IMG/VR virus record: IMGVR_UViG_3300027736_001324
Span: 186,001-250,000 of that record
Direction: 5' to 3' (one strand)
Length of the DNA: 64,000 nt
A program made the translations under genes and the position numbers. Shown one piece after another: positions 37,746 through 46,466 of this stretch. The notes beneath the pieces were generated by a model, which did no database searches, was not told where the DNA came from, and worked only from the letters and a program-made list of their open reading frames with translations. The first letter of the stretch is position 1; every line of letters starts with the position of its first letter.

Positions 37746-38519
37746 ATGTCTATTAATAACATGAAATCGCCAATTAATTATTTCCCACTTAAAGTGGGAA
37801 ACACTGAATTAAAAAAAATTAGAAATACGTTTAGTCTACATGATATTAATCAAAAATGGATGGGATATAATCTAGAAAATAAAGAAAATAAAGAAAATGA
37901 TTGGCAGGCACATTGGCAGGCACGTGAATTTTTTATAGAATTAGAATTGGCGTACGGCAAATGTGTTACTAGTGGACTGGGATTAGGAGTAATACAAACT
38001 TTATTAGCGGAGAAAGATAACGTTACTGAAGTAATTGTATATGAAAAAAATCCAGATGTTATTGAAATGTTTAAAATTTTAGCCGAGAAATCAAATATTG
38101 ATACTTCTAAAATCGTAATAATAAATGAAGATGCGAATAATATAAAAAATATTACATGTGATTGTTTATTTTTGGATCATTTTGAATATGAACCCTTTAG
38201 TGAAATAGAAGAAACAGTTAAAAGAATAGCTTCTCAAAATACAATCAATATAGTATGGTTTTGGCCTGCATGGCGTGTGTTTTCACTATATTGTATAGAT
38301 ACGAATAAAGAGATAAATGAAAATTCTTTTTTAGAATGGACATCAACTTTAAACATATCTAAATTTCCAAACCAGATACCATCTCACTTGTTTGATAATT
38401 TAATTGAATTTATTAATCCTATTTGGGATAACTTAAACGCACCAAACAAACATAAAATTGAAGCAAATAAACAGAAGAATGAGTTAATTAATTTTTTTAA
38501 AAAACGCAATACAAATTAA
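37746..38519 (+). CDS. class I SAM-dependent methyltransferase-like (spermidine-synthase-like)
   Basis: TSGLGLG, VIVYEKNPDV, INEDA, LFLDH. Confidence 0.6.
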   Translation: MSINNMKSPINYFPLKVGNTELKKIRNTFSLHDINQKWMGYNLENKENKENDWQAHWQAREFFIELELAYGKCVTSGLGLGVIQTLLAEKDNVTEVIVYEKNPDVIEMFKILAEKSNIDTSKIVIINEDANNIKNITCDCLFLDHFEYEPFSEIEETVKRIASQNTINIVWFWPAWRVFSLYCIDTNKEINENSFLEWTSTLNISKFPNQIPSHLFDNLIEFINPIWDNLNAPNKHKIEANKQKNELINFFKKRNTN

Positions 38520-38534
38520 TTAAGGAACATATTA

Positions 38535-39383
38535 ATGGCAAAATTAAAAGTCGCAGAATTATTCTATAGCATTCAAGGTGAAGGTCGCTATATGGGCGTC
38601 CCTTCTGTCTTTCTACGCACATTTGGATGTAACTTCAAATGTGCAGGGTTTGGTATGCCTAAGGGCGAACTAAGCAAAGAAGTAGAAGATATCGCTAGTC
38701 GCATACATTACTATACTGATTATAAACAACTACCATTGGTCAGTACAGGCTGTGATAGTTATGCTAGTTGGGACCCAAGATTCAAAGACTTAAGTCCGAT
38801 GCTTGAAACAGATAGTATTGTTGATAGCATTATGGATATGCTACCACACAATCGTTGGTTGAGTGAACATCTTGTTATCACAGGCGGCGAACCATTATTA
38901 GGTTGGCAACGTAGTTATGTTGATTTGCTTTCACATGAAAACATGCGCGGATTACAAGAATTAACTTTTGAAACTAACGGAACACAAGAATTGCAACAAG
39001 ACTTAAAAATCTTTTTACATAAATGGTGTATCAGTCGTAGCATGGGTGCAATAACATTTAGCGTCAGTCCTAAACTAAGTATCAGCGGAGAGAAGTGGGA
39101 AGAAGCAATAAGACCTGAAGTTGTATATGAATATACTCAAGTGGGTCATGTATATCTTAAATTTGTTGTAGCAAACAAACAAGACGTAGAAGAAGCACAA
39201 GAAGCGGTTAATGAATACAGTAAGCGTGGCTTTAGAGGTCATGTATATTTGATGCCTTGCGGCGGTGTTGAAAGTTTATATAATATGAATGCTAGAACAG
39301 TTGCTAATGAAGCAATGCGTTTAGGCTGGCGTTATAGTGATAGACTTCAGGTACCTCTTTTCAAGAACGCATGGAATACTTGA
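38535..39383 (+). CDS. queE: 7-carboxy-7-deazaguanine synthase (radical SAM)
   Basis: ELFYSIQGEG, FLRTFGCNFKC...CDS, TGGEP, ETNGT, SVSPKL. Confidence 0.92.
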   Translation: MAKLKVAELFYSIQGEGRYMGVPSVFLRTFGCNFKCAGFGMPKGELSKEVEDIASRIHYYTDYKQLPLVSTGCDSYASWDPRFKDLSPMLETDSIVDSIMDMLPHNRWLSEHLVITGGEPLLGWQRSYVDLLSHENMRGLQELTFETNGTQELQQDLKIFLHKWCISRSMGAITFSVSPKLSISGEKWEEAIRPEVVYEYTQVGHVYLKFVVANKQDVEEAQEAVNEYSKRGFRGHVYLMPCGGVESLYNMNARTVANEAMRLGWRYSDRLQVPLFKNAWNT

Positions 39384-39477
39384 TGAATTTCTTTTGGGGA
39401 TTCTTACTTGGATATATAGTAGGTGTATTATACATGTGCTATCGTTCCAATATAGATGCTAGAGTGGATAGAGAATA

Positions 39478-39735
39478 ATGCCCTCAAGTGATTGGACTAC
39501 ACAATCAGCCGATGCTTATCATTTTAAAAGATGTGTTATGGGTAGAAAATTAAAGTTTACCCTATTGCCTAGACGATGCTATGTAACAAAGCGTATAATG
39601 TGGTTAGAGAGTGCATATTGTATTACCGCAGGATACAGAGCACGAGCACATTTTGGTGATAGCATTTATGTTTATGAACATCGTTGGTATGATAAAGATG
39701 AATATTTAATAGCAAGATTAAGGGATTTAGTATGA
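39478..39735 (+). CDS. hypothetical protein
   Basis: 85-aa ORF. Confidence 0.55.
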   Translation: MPSSDWTTQSADAYHFKRCVMGRKLKFTLLPRRCYVTKRIMWLESAYCITAGYRARAHFGDSIYVYEHRWYDKDEYLIARLRDLV

Positions 39736-39926
39736 GATTTGAAATGCGTTGGCTTATTACAGCAGGATGGGATGGGCCTGAGAAGATATTACAATATCGT
39801 TATCAAACAGAAATAACAGACTATGCTTCACAGAATCCTAGAACAGGTGGATTTCTTAAACGGGCAGGATTTACCGAATGGGTTACTGTTCCTTCAGTAG
39901 ATGAGGTATGGAATGCGGACATATAA
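39732..39926 (+). CDS. hypothetical protein
   Basis: 64-aa ORF. Confidence 0.55.
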   Translation: MRFEMRWLITAGWDGPEKILQYRYQTEITDYASQNPRTGGFLKRAGFTEWVTVPSVDEVWNADI

Positions 39927-41271
39927 CAAAAGAATAGGCTTTCTAATTGCCGATCAGCACTTTATCCCGCATGGTGGCATAGGTCAATTCGCTAAAGGCT
40001 TTACTGAAATGTGTCAACGTATCAACTGGAAAGTTGATATTATACTAGACAAACAACCAACAAATGAATTTAGCGACTATGTAAAATCGTTAGGTGCTAA
40101 CATTGTCTATCCATCTAATCCATTACGCTATTCATCACATACAGCTACATTCGCATTTAGTGATAGCATTAACTTTGAGAAGATGGTTAACTTTAGAGAA
40201 AGTATACTACAGGCTTTTCAAACAAATATCTATGATATGTTAGTATGTAATACACAGGAAGCAATGAGTGCTGCTTATGCCATGGGTATAGGCAAGTATA
40301 TCCCAGTAGTATTCTATACACATTCATACAGCATGGTCTTCCGTGATGAACAAGATTTTAGTGACGTATGTATAGATGAGTATCATAACTTTTTTAATAA
40401 GCATATGGAACTATCACATAGTTTTGTAGGAACTCAAAGTCAAAAGAACGTTGATGAGATGACCAAGTATGGAGCAAAGAATGTTTCATTGTTGCGTATG
40501 CCATTAAGTGAACGTGGATTACTGGACCCTAGTATTGGTCCTCGCAAGGGTGTATTGTTTATTGGACGATGGGAAGAACGCAAGAACCCGTCTGCCTATA
40601 TCAAAATAATGAAAGAAACACAACTACCCTGTAAAGTAATGACTAATAGTAATGGTGCTAAGAAGTTTGAGAAAGCATTTAGTGAAGCTGGTATTACTGA
40701 TTACGAAATTAAAATTGCTATCGTTGGACAAGAGAAAGTAGATTTCATTAAGAGTTGTAAAGTATTCTTTATGCCAGCATTGGGTGAGAACTATCCATTT
40801 GCTTTTAGTGAATGTTTGGGGCATATGCCATGTGTTGTTTTAGATAATCAAGAATGGTCTGATAACTTTGATAGTAAGTATTTCTATAAAGAGAAACTAG
40901 CCAATGCTGGAAATCTAATTAAATTATTATACAATGTTGACAACTACTATGATACCGGCGCATTAGATTATATCAAGCAATTAGATAATGATACTGCACA
41001 AGGTTGGATACAATTCTTAGATAACTTTGTAGCAAAGCGTAGCAATACTAATGCCGCAAAGATTAACAACTATGATACAGTATGCTATAGAGATTATATT
41101 AAAGAATTAGATCGTGGGCATTTGGCTCGGGAAGATTTTGAAAGTGTATTGGCTAATCGTCATAAGTTTATCATTAATACATACACAGATGATAATAGCT
41201 ATTTAAGTAAAGACCCGGTTTATAAACCAATTGAAGAGGAAACAGGCGAGAGTCTGTTTGAATTTGTATGA
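39913..41271 (+). CDS. GT-B (GT4-like) glycosyltransferase
   Basis: PHGGIGQF, LFIGRWEERKNP, FMPALGENYPFAFSECL. Confidence 0.82.
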   Translation: MRTYNKRIGFLIADQHFIPHGGIGQFAKGFTEMCQRINWKVDIILDKQPTNEFSDYVKSLGANIVYPSNPLRYSSHTATFAFSDSINFEKMVNFRESILQAFQTNIYDMLVCNTQEAMSAAYAMGIGKYIPVVFYTHSYSMVFRDEQDFSDVCIDEYHNFFNKHMELSHSFVGTQSQKNVDEMTKYGAKNVSLLRMPLSERGLLDPSIGPRKGVLFIGRWEERKNPSAYIKIMKETQLPCKVMTNSNGAKKFEKAFSEAGITDYEIKIAIVGQEKVDFIKSCKVFFMPALGENYPFAFSECLGHMPCVVLDNQEWSDNFDSKYFYKEKLANAGNLIKLLYNVDNYYDTGALDYIKQLDNDTAQGWIQFLDNFVAKRSNTNAAKINNYDTVCYRDYIKELDRGHLAREDFESVLANRHKFIINTYTDDNSYLSKDPVYKPIEEETGESLFEFV

Positions 41272-42089
41272 AAAAAGTATTAATAACAGGTAACAGTGGT
41301 TACATCGGTAGTCATCTTAGTAAGATGCTACGCACAGATTATCAAATATATGGATTGGATATTAATCCATCACAATACTCCGTTACCGATCATTATCAAC
41401 TCAATATCAATAAGGTGTTTAATATTGATATGGAATTTGACGCAGTAATTCATTTAGCAGCATTAGTTAATGTTAGTGAAAGTGAAAGAATGCCCATTCA
41501 ATATTACATCACTAACTTAAATGGTACAATGAATGTTATCAATAAAGTAAAGACAAAGAACTTTATCTTTGCTAGCACTGGTGCTGCACAAGATTGTGAA
41601 AGTGCATATGGTATCAGTAAACGTGCTGCTGAGGATGTGGTGCGTGAGTATTGTACAGTACACAATCCCAAAGATTACACTATCTTTAGATTCTATAACG
41701 TAATCGGTAGTGATGGGTTTGCGCCAACTAATCCAGACGGATTGATGTATAACCTGATGAAGGCTAAAGAGAGAGGCGAGTTTACTATCTACGGTACTGA
41801 CTATGGTTCAAGTGACGGTACTTGTGTGCGTGATTACGTTCATGTTAATGAGATATGTGACGCATTATCTAGTGCTATTGAAAAGCCAAGCAATCAGATA
41901 GAATGCTTGGGGCATGGAGTTGGACATTCAGTTAGAGATATTGTTAATCTATATAAAAAGGTTAACAACGTTGAATTTCTAGTAAAGCACGGACCAAGAA
42001 GAAAGGGTGACTTAGCAGTATCTGTATTAGATAATGTGTCACCCTATATGAAAGAGTTATACTCTTTGGAAGAACTACTTAAGGTCTAA
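41268..42089 (+). CDS. NAD-dependent epimerase/dehydratase (GalE-like)
   Basis: ITGNSGYIGSH, HLAA, YGISK (YxxxK), FRFYNV, RDYVHV. Confidence 0.92.
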   Translation: MKKVLITGNSGYIGSHLSKMLRTDYQIYGLDINPSQYSVTDHYQLNINKVFNIDMEFDAVIHLAALVNVSESERMPIQYYITNLNGTMNVINKVKTKNFIFASTGAAQDCESAYGISKRAAEDVVREYCTVHNPKDYTIFRFYNVIGSDGFAPTNPDGLMYNLMKAKERGEFTIYGTDYGSSDGTCVRDYVHVNEICDALSSAIEKPSNQIECLGHGVGHSVRDIVNLYKKVNNVEFLVKHGPRRKGDLAVSVLDNVSPYMKELYSLEELLKV

Positions 42090-42461
42090 AAACTTTATTT
42101 GGTTTGTTGAAAACACAACATACCAAACATCATCTCCCTCATCGTGTTCAGCAATGATACTATCATATCCGTCTGCTATTAATTCTTCACGTAGTTCTAA
42201 ATAATCTTCTTTCTCTAGTCCTACTAACTCATCCATTGTTGCTTCATATGTCTTGTTCATGGTCAATGACGCAGATATGATATATTTTCCGTATAGTTTT
42301 GCTTCACGAATAGAAGTAGTAAAAAAATGTCCTAGTACAGCATTTGGATCTCCTGTACTAGTTCCTAGCGTAGCATTATCAAATGACGAGAATTTATTGT
42401 TAGTACCGTGATAGGCAACAACACCCGAACTACTTTCAGCAATAAATTCTCTTGCTCTCAT
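42075..42461 (-). CDS. ADP-ribosyltransferase (ART-PolyVal-like) with capsid-targeting-like N-terminus
   Basis: MRAREFIAE; YHGT, GHFFT, AKLYG, GYDSI, YVVF..NQIK. Confidence 0.8.
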   Translation of the reverse strand: MRAREFIAESSSGVVAYHGTNNKFSSFDNATLGTSTGDPNAVLGHFFTTSIREAKLYGKYIISASLTMNKTYEATMDELVGLEKEDYLELREELIADGYDSIIAEHDEGDDVWYVVFSTNQIKFLDLK

Positions 42462-42462
42462 T

Positions 42463-43971
42463 TTAGTGTCTTAACAATAGTGTACTTAATACACCAGGAT
42501 CGTTAGCACTAACATCACCTTCGCCCGGAGCAACAATAACATTGTACTTCATTCCAGTTGGGATTGAATTTCTCTTAGCCATATATTCAGTATAACTTAA
42601 AATACTTGAAGCACTGATTCCATATTCTGTAGCAATACGTTGTTTCATTTCTTTAAGTGCGGCTTCATCAGCAGGTTGCCATGCTCCGTCATCAGTTTTC
42701 TTCAAGTTACCCTTCTCATCCTTAGCTAACAAGTCATAGAATAGTTTCTCTGGAACAATACGACTATTCTTTGTTGTATCTAATTTAGGGTCTTGCGCCT
42801 TTATTTTCTTCTCTTGCTCAGTGTTAGCACCTTCGCTCCAATTGATAATAAAGTTGTCTGGTTTCTTAGCTAATGCTGCTCCAGCCATCTTAGTGTAAGC
42901 ATAGAACTTAACATCAGGGTGTTTAGCAGCCATCTTTAATGCCATGTCTAAATATTCTGGACTAAAGAAGTCACCGGCATCATGCCAACGAACTGTTGTT
43001 TGCCAACCATCAGGGAATTTCTTATCACCCTTTGCTCCTGCACTTGCTTCTTTTGATATCTCACTACTTAATTGATTAAAGAATCCATCAGGATCATTCA
43101 ACAGATATGTTAATATACGACCATCACTTTGCCATGCTGCTTTAAACTGAATCTTACCGCCCTTCATAGCAAAGCATTCTACTTTACATGAACCTGCACC
43201 CGGGCAAGTATTAACAATGATTAATTTATTGGTTTGTTCATCAAGTGCAATTCCTACTAATGCCGCAAATCCAACATTGAAGAATTGTTCAAACTCTCCG
43301 TTACTATGCTTCATCTTTTCATTTTGCTTTAATAATGATTTAGGACGAATTGCTAATGTTTGTTTAACTGCATCTTCATCATATGTTTTACCATCCGGAC
43401 TCATGTAAGTAACTACGCTACTACGATGGATGTAGGGCATTTTGTATTTGTCACCTTTGGTCTTGCCAGTAGTATACTTTTCGTTACCTTTTTTATCTAT
43501 TTTAACATTACCGCTTTTATCTAAATCAGGAGTACCAACGATACGCTTCATGTAATCTTGAAATTCTTGGCTATCCAAATCACGGGTTTGTGCTGGTAGT
43601 TTAGTTGCTTCATCTAGCCCAGATAGACTACGAATTCTATCTAAGTGTTCCGAGCCTTCCGCCACACCTTTGCGATAATCTGGAAATCCAAACTTGCGAT
43701 AGTATGCTAATGCGTGACCAAACATCTTTTTGTATTCTTCAGTACCCTTTTTGTAACCTTTTGTAGCCAACTCATTTTCAATATGACGAACCATTGGCAT
43801 CTCTGCTTTTAGTAATTCTGGAGCACCTTCCGCCACACCTTGTTCTGATTCTTCATCAGGTTTTGAATCACCTGCACTAGCAACAAATTGCTGAGGTGTC
43901 ATAATCTTTATGCCACTAGGGGCTCCTGGCATCTTTGGCTCTGCGCCCTCTAATAGTTCTTTAAAGTTCAT
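42463..43971 (-). CDS. modular protein with C-terminal GP88-like domain
   Basis: MNFKELLE, two GVAEG junctions, CPGAGSCKVECFA, VRWHDAGDF, YAYTK. Confidence 0.72.
   Translation of the reverse strand: MNFKELLEGAEPKMPGAPSGIKIMTPQQFVASAGDSKPDEESEQGVAEGAPELLKAEMPMVRHIENELATKGYKKGTEEYKKMFGHALAYYRKFGFPDYRKGVAEGSEHLDRIRSLSGLDEATKLPAQTRDLDSQEFQDYMKRIVGTPDLDKSGNVKIDKKGNEKYTTGKTKGDKYKMPYIHRSSVVTYMSPDGKTYDEDAVKQTLAIRPKSLLKQNEKMKHSNGEFEQFFNVGFAALVGIALDEQTNKLIIVNTCPGAGSCKVECFAMKGGKIQFKAAWQSDGRILTYLLNDPDGFFNQLSSEISKEASAGAKGDKKFPDGWQTTVRWHDAGDFFSPEYLDMALKMAAKHPDVKFYAYTKMAGAALAKKPDNFIINWSEGANTEQEKKIKAQDPKLDTTKNSRIVPEKLFYDLLAKDEKGNLKKTDDGAWQPADEAALKEMKQRIATEYGISASSILSYTEYMAKRNSIPTGMKYNVIVAPGEGDVSANDPGVLSTLLLRH
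43654..43842 (-). repeat. GVAEG junction repeats copies 4-5
   Basis: 43654-43671 (AAAGGTGTGGCGGAAGGC) and 43825-43842 (CAAGGTGTGGCGGAAGGT) on minus strand. Confidence 0.95.
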
Positions 43972-46448
43972 TTCTTATTGTTCCTAATGTATTGTTCAGC
44001 AAGCATTACTAATTCATGTAGTTCTTCAATGCTTTCGCAATGCCATCTACGCAAACTTTTATTTATATTGCTATTTGGATCGTGTGCTGTTTTTGCACCA
44101 GTACGATGTTTCTTCATTCCACGCATTCTAGCACAGAATGATTTACGACGGGCAGCGGCTTTGCTACCTTTTTTAAGTTTGCTTGGTTTAGTTGTTACTG
44201 CTGTTTGAATCTTGCTGCCTGGATGACTACGGCGATAACTGGCTACACTCTTTTTACTCATCCCACCTGCACGTTTATTATTGTGCTTTGACCAATTCTC
44301 GCCCTCATCAACTTCTTTCTTTGCCATGCCGATACCATCACAAGCACCGCATTTATACTTTTTAGCGCCCGGTACGTCATTAGCAGGAAGAATTTTTCCG
44401 TCAGGTGCTTTCCATAAAGTACCACGACCGTTACATCTTTTACAACTAGTATTAGGGTTCTTTACAGTGGCACCTGGCATGTAGTCACTCTTGCTGAAAC
44501 CGCCTGGCAAGCCTTCCGCCACACCTTGCTGACCCGGCACTGTATCAACAATGTTTATCATTTTATCAGGAACTATTTGTACAGGAACATTGCCGTTGTA
44601 TCCGGCGGCTTGGTATGCGATAAATCTATGATTCCCATCTATTACAAAAAGTTTACCCTTGTTATTCCAAACAACTAACGGACCTAATTTCCCATTTTGT
44701 TTTAGTTGTGGTAAAAGATGGTTATTGACCCATTGAGCAACCTTTGGATCCTTCATTGACTTACCATTTTCCCACATTTGTAATTTATTAAAAGGTGCCT
44801 CAGTTACTGGCAAACTTTTCTTTATCCTGTCATCAACAGTAGCACCTTTATAAGCAGGATTTGTATAGATAGTTACTAGTTGCTGTTCCAAGCCTTCCGC
44901 TACACCTTGCTGTTGTTCTGCCTTTACAAATTGATTGGGTCTTGGCATATCTAACCTGCGTGGATCATTCATTATGGCAGGATCTTGCATTAATTTGCTT
45001 TTAGGATTAATCCAGAATCCAACCATTGTTCCTTTTAAGGGTAATGAACCTTTTGGAACAACTACTGCTTCTTCAAATTCACCACCTGCTTTGGCAGTAG
45101 GTTCAGCATATTTTGCTTTGCCTTTTGCGTTAGTTCTTGCCATTGGGTCTGTGTTCTGTGACCGTGCTTCACCGTCTTTTTTTAGATACGGGTTAAATGC
45201 TAGACCTTTGATATTTGTACTTTGACTTGTACCTAGTGTTTTGAAATTGCTTTCGACTGCATTACGATCTAAAACTAGTATTGCATCTCTACCAATGCCA
45301 GCCATTTGATTGCTTGCATTTGATCCACTGGCATAGCCCCAATCTCTGGTCACGCTTACTGTAGGCAGTTTAGTCTGAGCCGAGGTTGCTGCCTGCGGAC
45401 TAGTTGCTGATCGGATACTACCGGACGATAGCATTCCTTTAAGACCGTTTGCATCCGTAGCATGATAAAGATAGTTTCCGCCTATACCTTCATTTAGCCC
45501 TTCCGCTACACCTTGCTTGTCAATACTTCCCCGTATACCGCATTTAGCACAATGATATTGTGTTAGCGTTGGGTGTTCTTTTTTCTTTACAGGACCATGG
45601 CAATGTGGGCAGGTACCTGTGGCCATTGCCTTGACTTCTTTACTCATATCTTCTTTGGAGCCTTCCGCCACACCTTTTGATGAAGCAGTTGGAGATTGCA
45701 GTGCCCTAGTTTTAACTCCAGGCATGCCACCTAATGTCGCTAATTTTTTAACCCAGCCTTCAGCGTCAGTATCATTAAGAGATGTAACTACAGTGCCATC
45801 GGGGTCAATAGAATCTATACCAGTAAGTTTATCGCTAGCATATCCTGTATTATCAAAATAATGTCCAGGTACTGTACCAACTTTATTAGAACGATCTAAG
45901 CGAGTTTTATACTCAGCATCCCCTTTTTGTTTGTGTACCTCTAAACCTTTAGAAATTGCTGCACGAACTTGTTGTTGTTGTGTGGTTTCAGTAGAGCCTT
46001 CCGCCACACCTTGTTCTTCAATATTAGGGTTATTGATTTGTTCTGCTACACTATTCAATTTGTCATTGCTAACTGTAACAAAACTATACATCCAACCATC
46101 TAAACTAACACCCTTATCTAATTGATTCTTAATATGTATAGCATTTTTAATAATTTCACGAATCTCGCCTTGAGCCATTCCATCAATTTGCTCATCTTCC
46201 ATAGCATAACCTTCGGTTTTGGGCTTCTTCCCAGCCTTTTTCATGGCAATGGCAATTGCGGCCTGTCGTTTTGGGTTAGCCGCTTCATCTGTTGCTGACT
46301 TTTTTAATGCATCCGCTGTTGGAGCACCTTTACTTCCGGGCTTACGCATATGTTCACCGGAACCATTCTTGATTCGGTCACGCTTGGCATGTATGTTTGC
46401 CCATAACCCAGGCTTTTTGTTTTCGGATATAATTTCACTAAATCTCAT
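43968..46448 (-). CDS. multi-module polyprotein: Zn ribbon, ART-like, ParB-like, CxxCxGxG and basic modules
   Basis: MRFSEIISE; five GVAEG junctions; CPHC..CAKC; LYHAT..SVTR..EEAV; IDGNHR; CKRCNGRG..CGACDGIG; RRKSFCARM. Confidence 0.8.
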   Translation of the reverse strand: MRFSEIISENKKPGLWANIHAKRDRIKNGSGEHMRKPGSKGAPTADALKKSATDEAANPKRQAAIAIAMKKAGKKPKTEGYAMEDEQIDGMAQGEIREIIKNAIHIKNQLDKGVSLDGWMYSFVTVSNDKLNSVAEQINNPNIEEQGVAEGSTETTQQQQVRAAISKGLEVHKQKGDAEYKTRLDRSNKVGTVPGHYFDNTGYASDKLTGIDSIDPDGTVVTSLNDTDAEGWVKKLATLGGMPGVKTRALQSPTASSKGVAEGSKEDMSKEVKAMATGTCPHCHGPVKKKEHPTLTQYHCAKCGIRGSIDKQGVAEGLNEGIGGNYLYHATDANGLKGMLSSGSIRSATSPQAATSAQTKLPTVSVTRDWGYASGSNASNQMAGIGRDAILVLDRNAVESNFKTLGTSQSTNIKGLAFNPYLKKDGEARSQNTDPMARTNAKGKAKYAEPTAKAGGEFEEAVVVPKGSLPLKGTMVGFWINPKSKLMQDPAIMNDPRRLDMPRPNQFVKAEQQQGVAEGLEQQLVTIYTNPAYKGATVDDRIKKSLPVTEAPFNKLQMWENGKSMKDPKVAQWVNNHLLPQLKQNGKLGPLVVWNNKGKLFVIDGNHRFIAYQAAGYNGNVPVQIVPDKMINIVDTVPGQQGVAEGLPGGFSKSDYMPGATVKNPNTSCKRCNGRGTLWKAPDGKILPANDVPGAKKYKCGACDGIGMAKKEVDEGENWSKHNNKRAGGMSKKSVASYRRSHPGSKIQTAVTTKPSKLKKGSKAAARRKSFCARMRGMKKHRTGAKTAHDPNSNINKSLRRWHCESIEELHELVMLAEQYIRNNKK
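44511..46013 (-). repeat. GVAEG junction repeats copies 6-10
   Basis: 44511-44528, 44892-44909, 45498-45515, 45660-45677, 45996-46013. Confidence 0.95.
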
Positions 46449-46466
46449 GTTTTTGTCCGTAAATAG

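Noticed and set aside
43654-46013. GVAEG repeat series as a CRISPR array
   Set aside because: Spacers are 150-600 bp, irregular and protein-coding in frame; repeat is 18 bp and non-palindromic; no cas genes.
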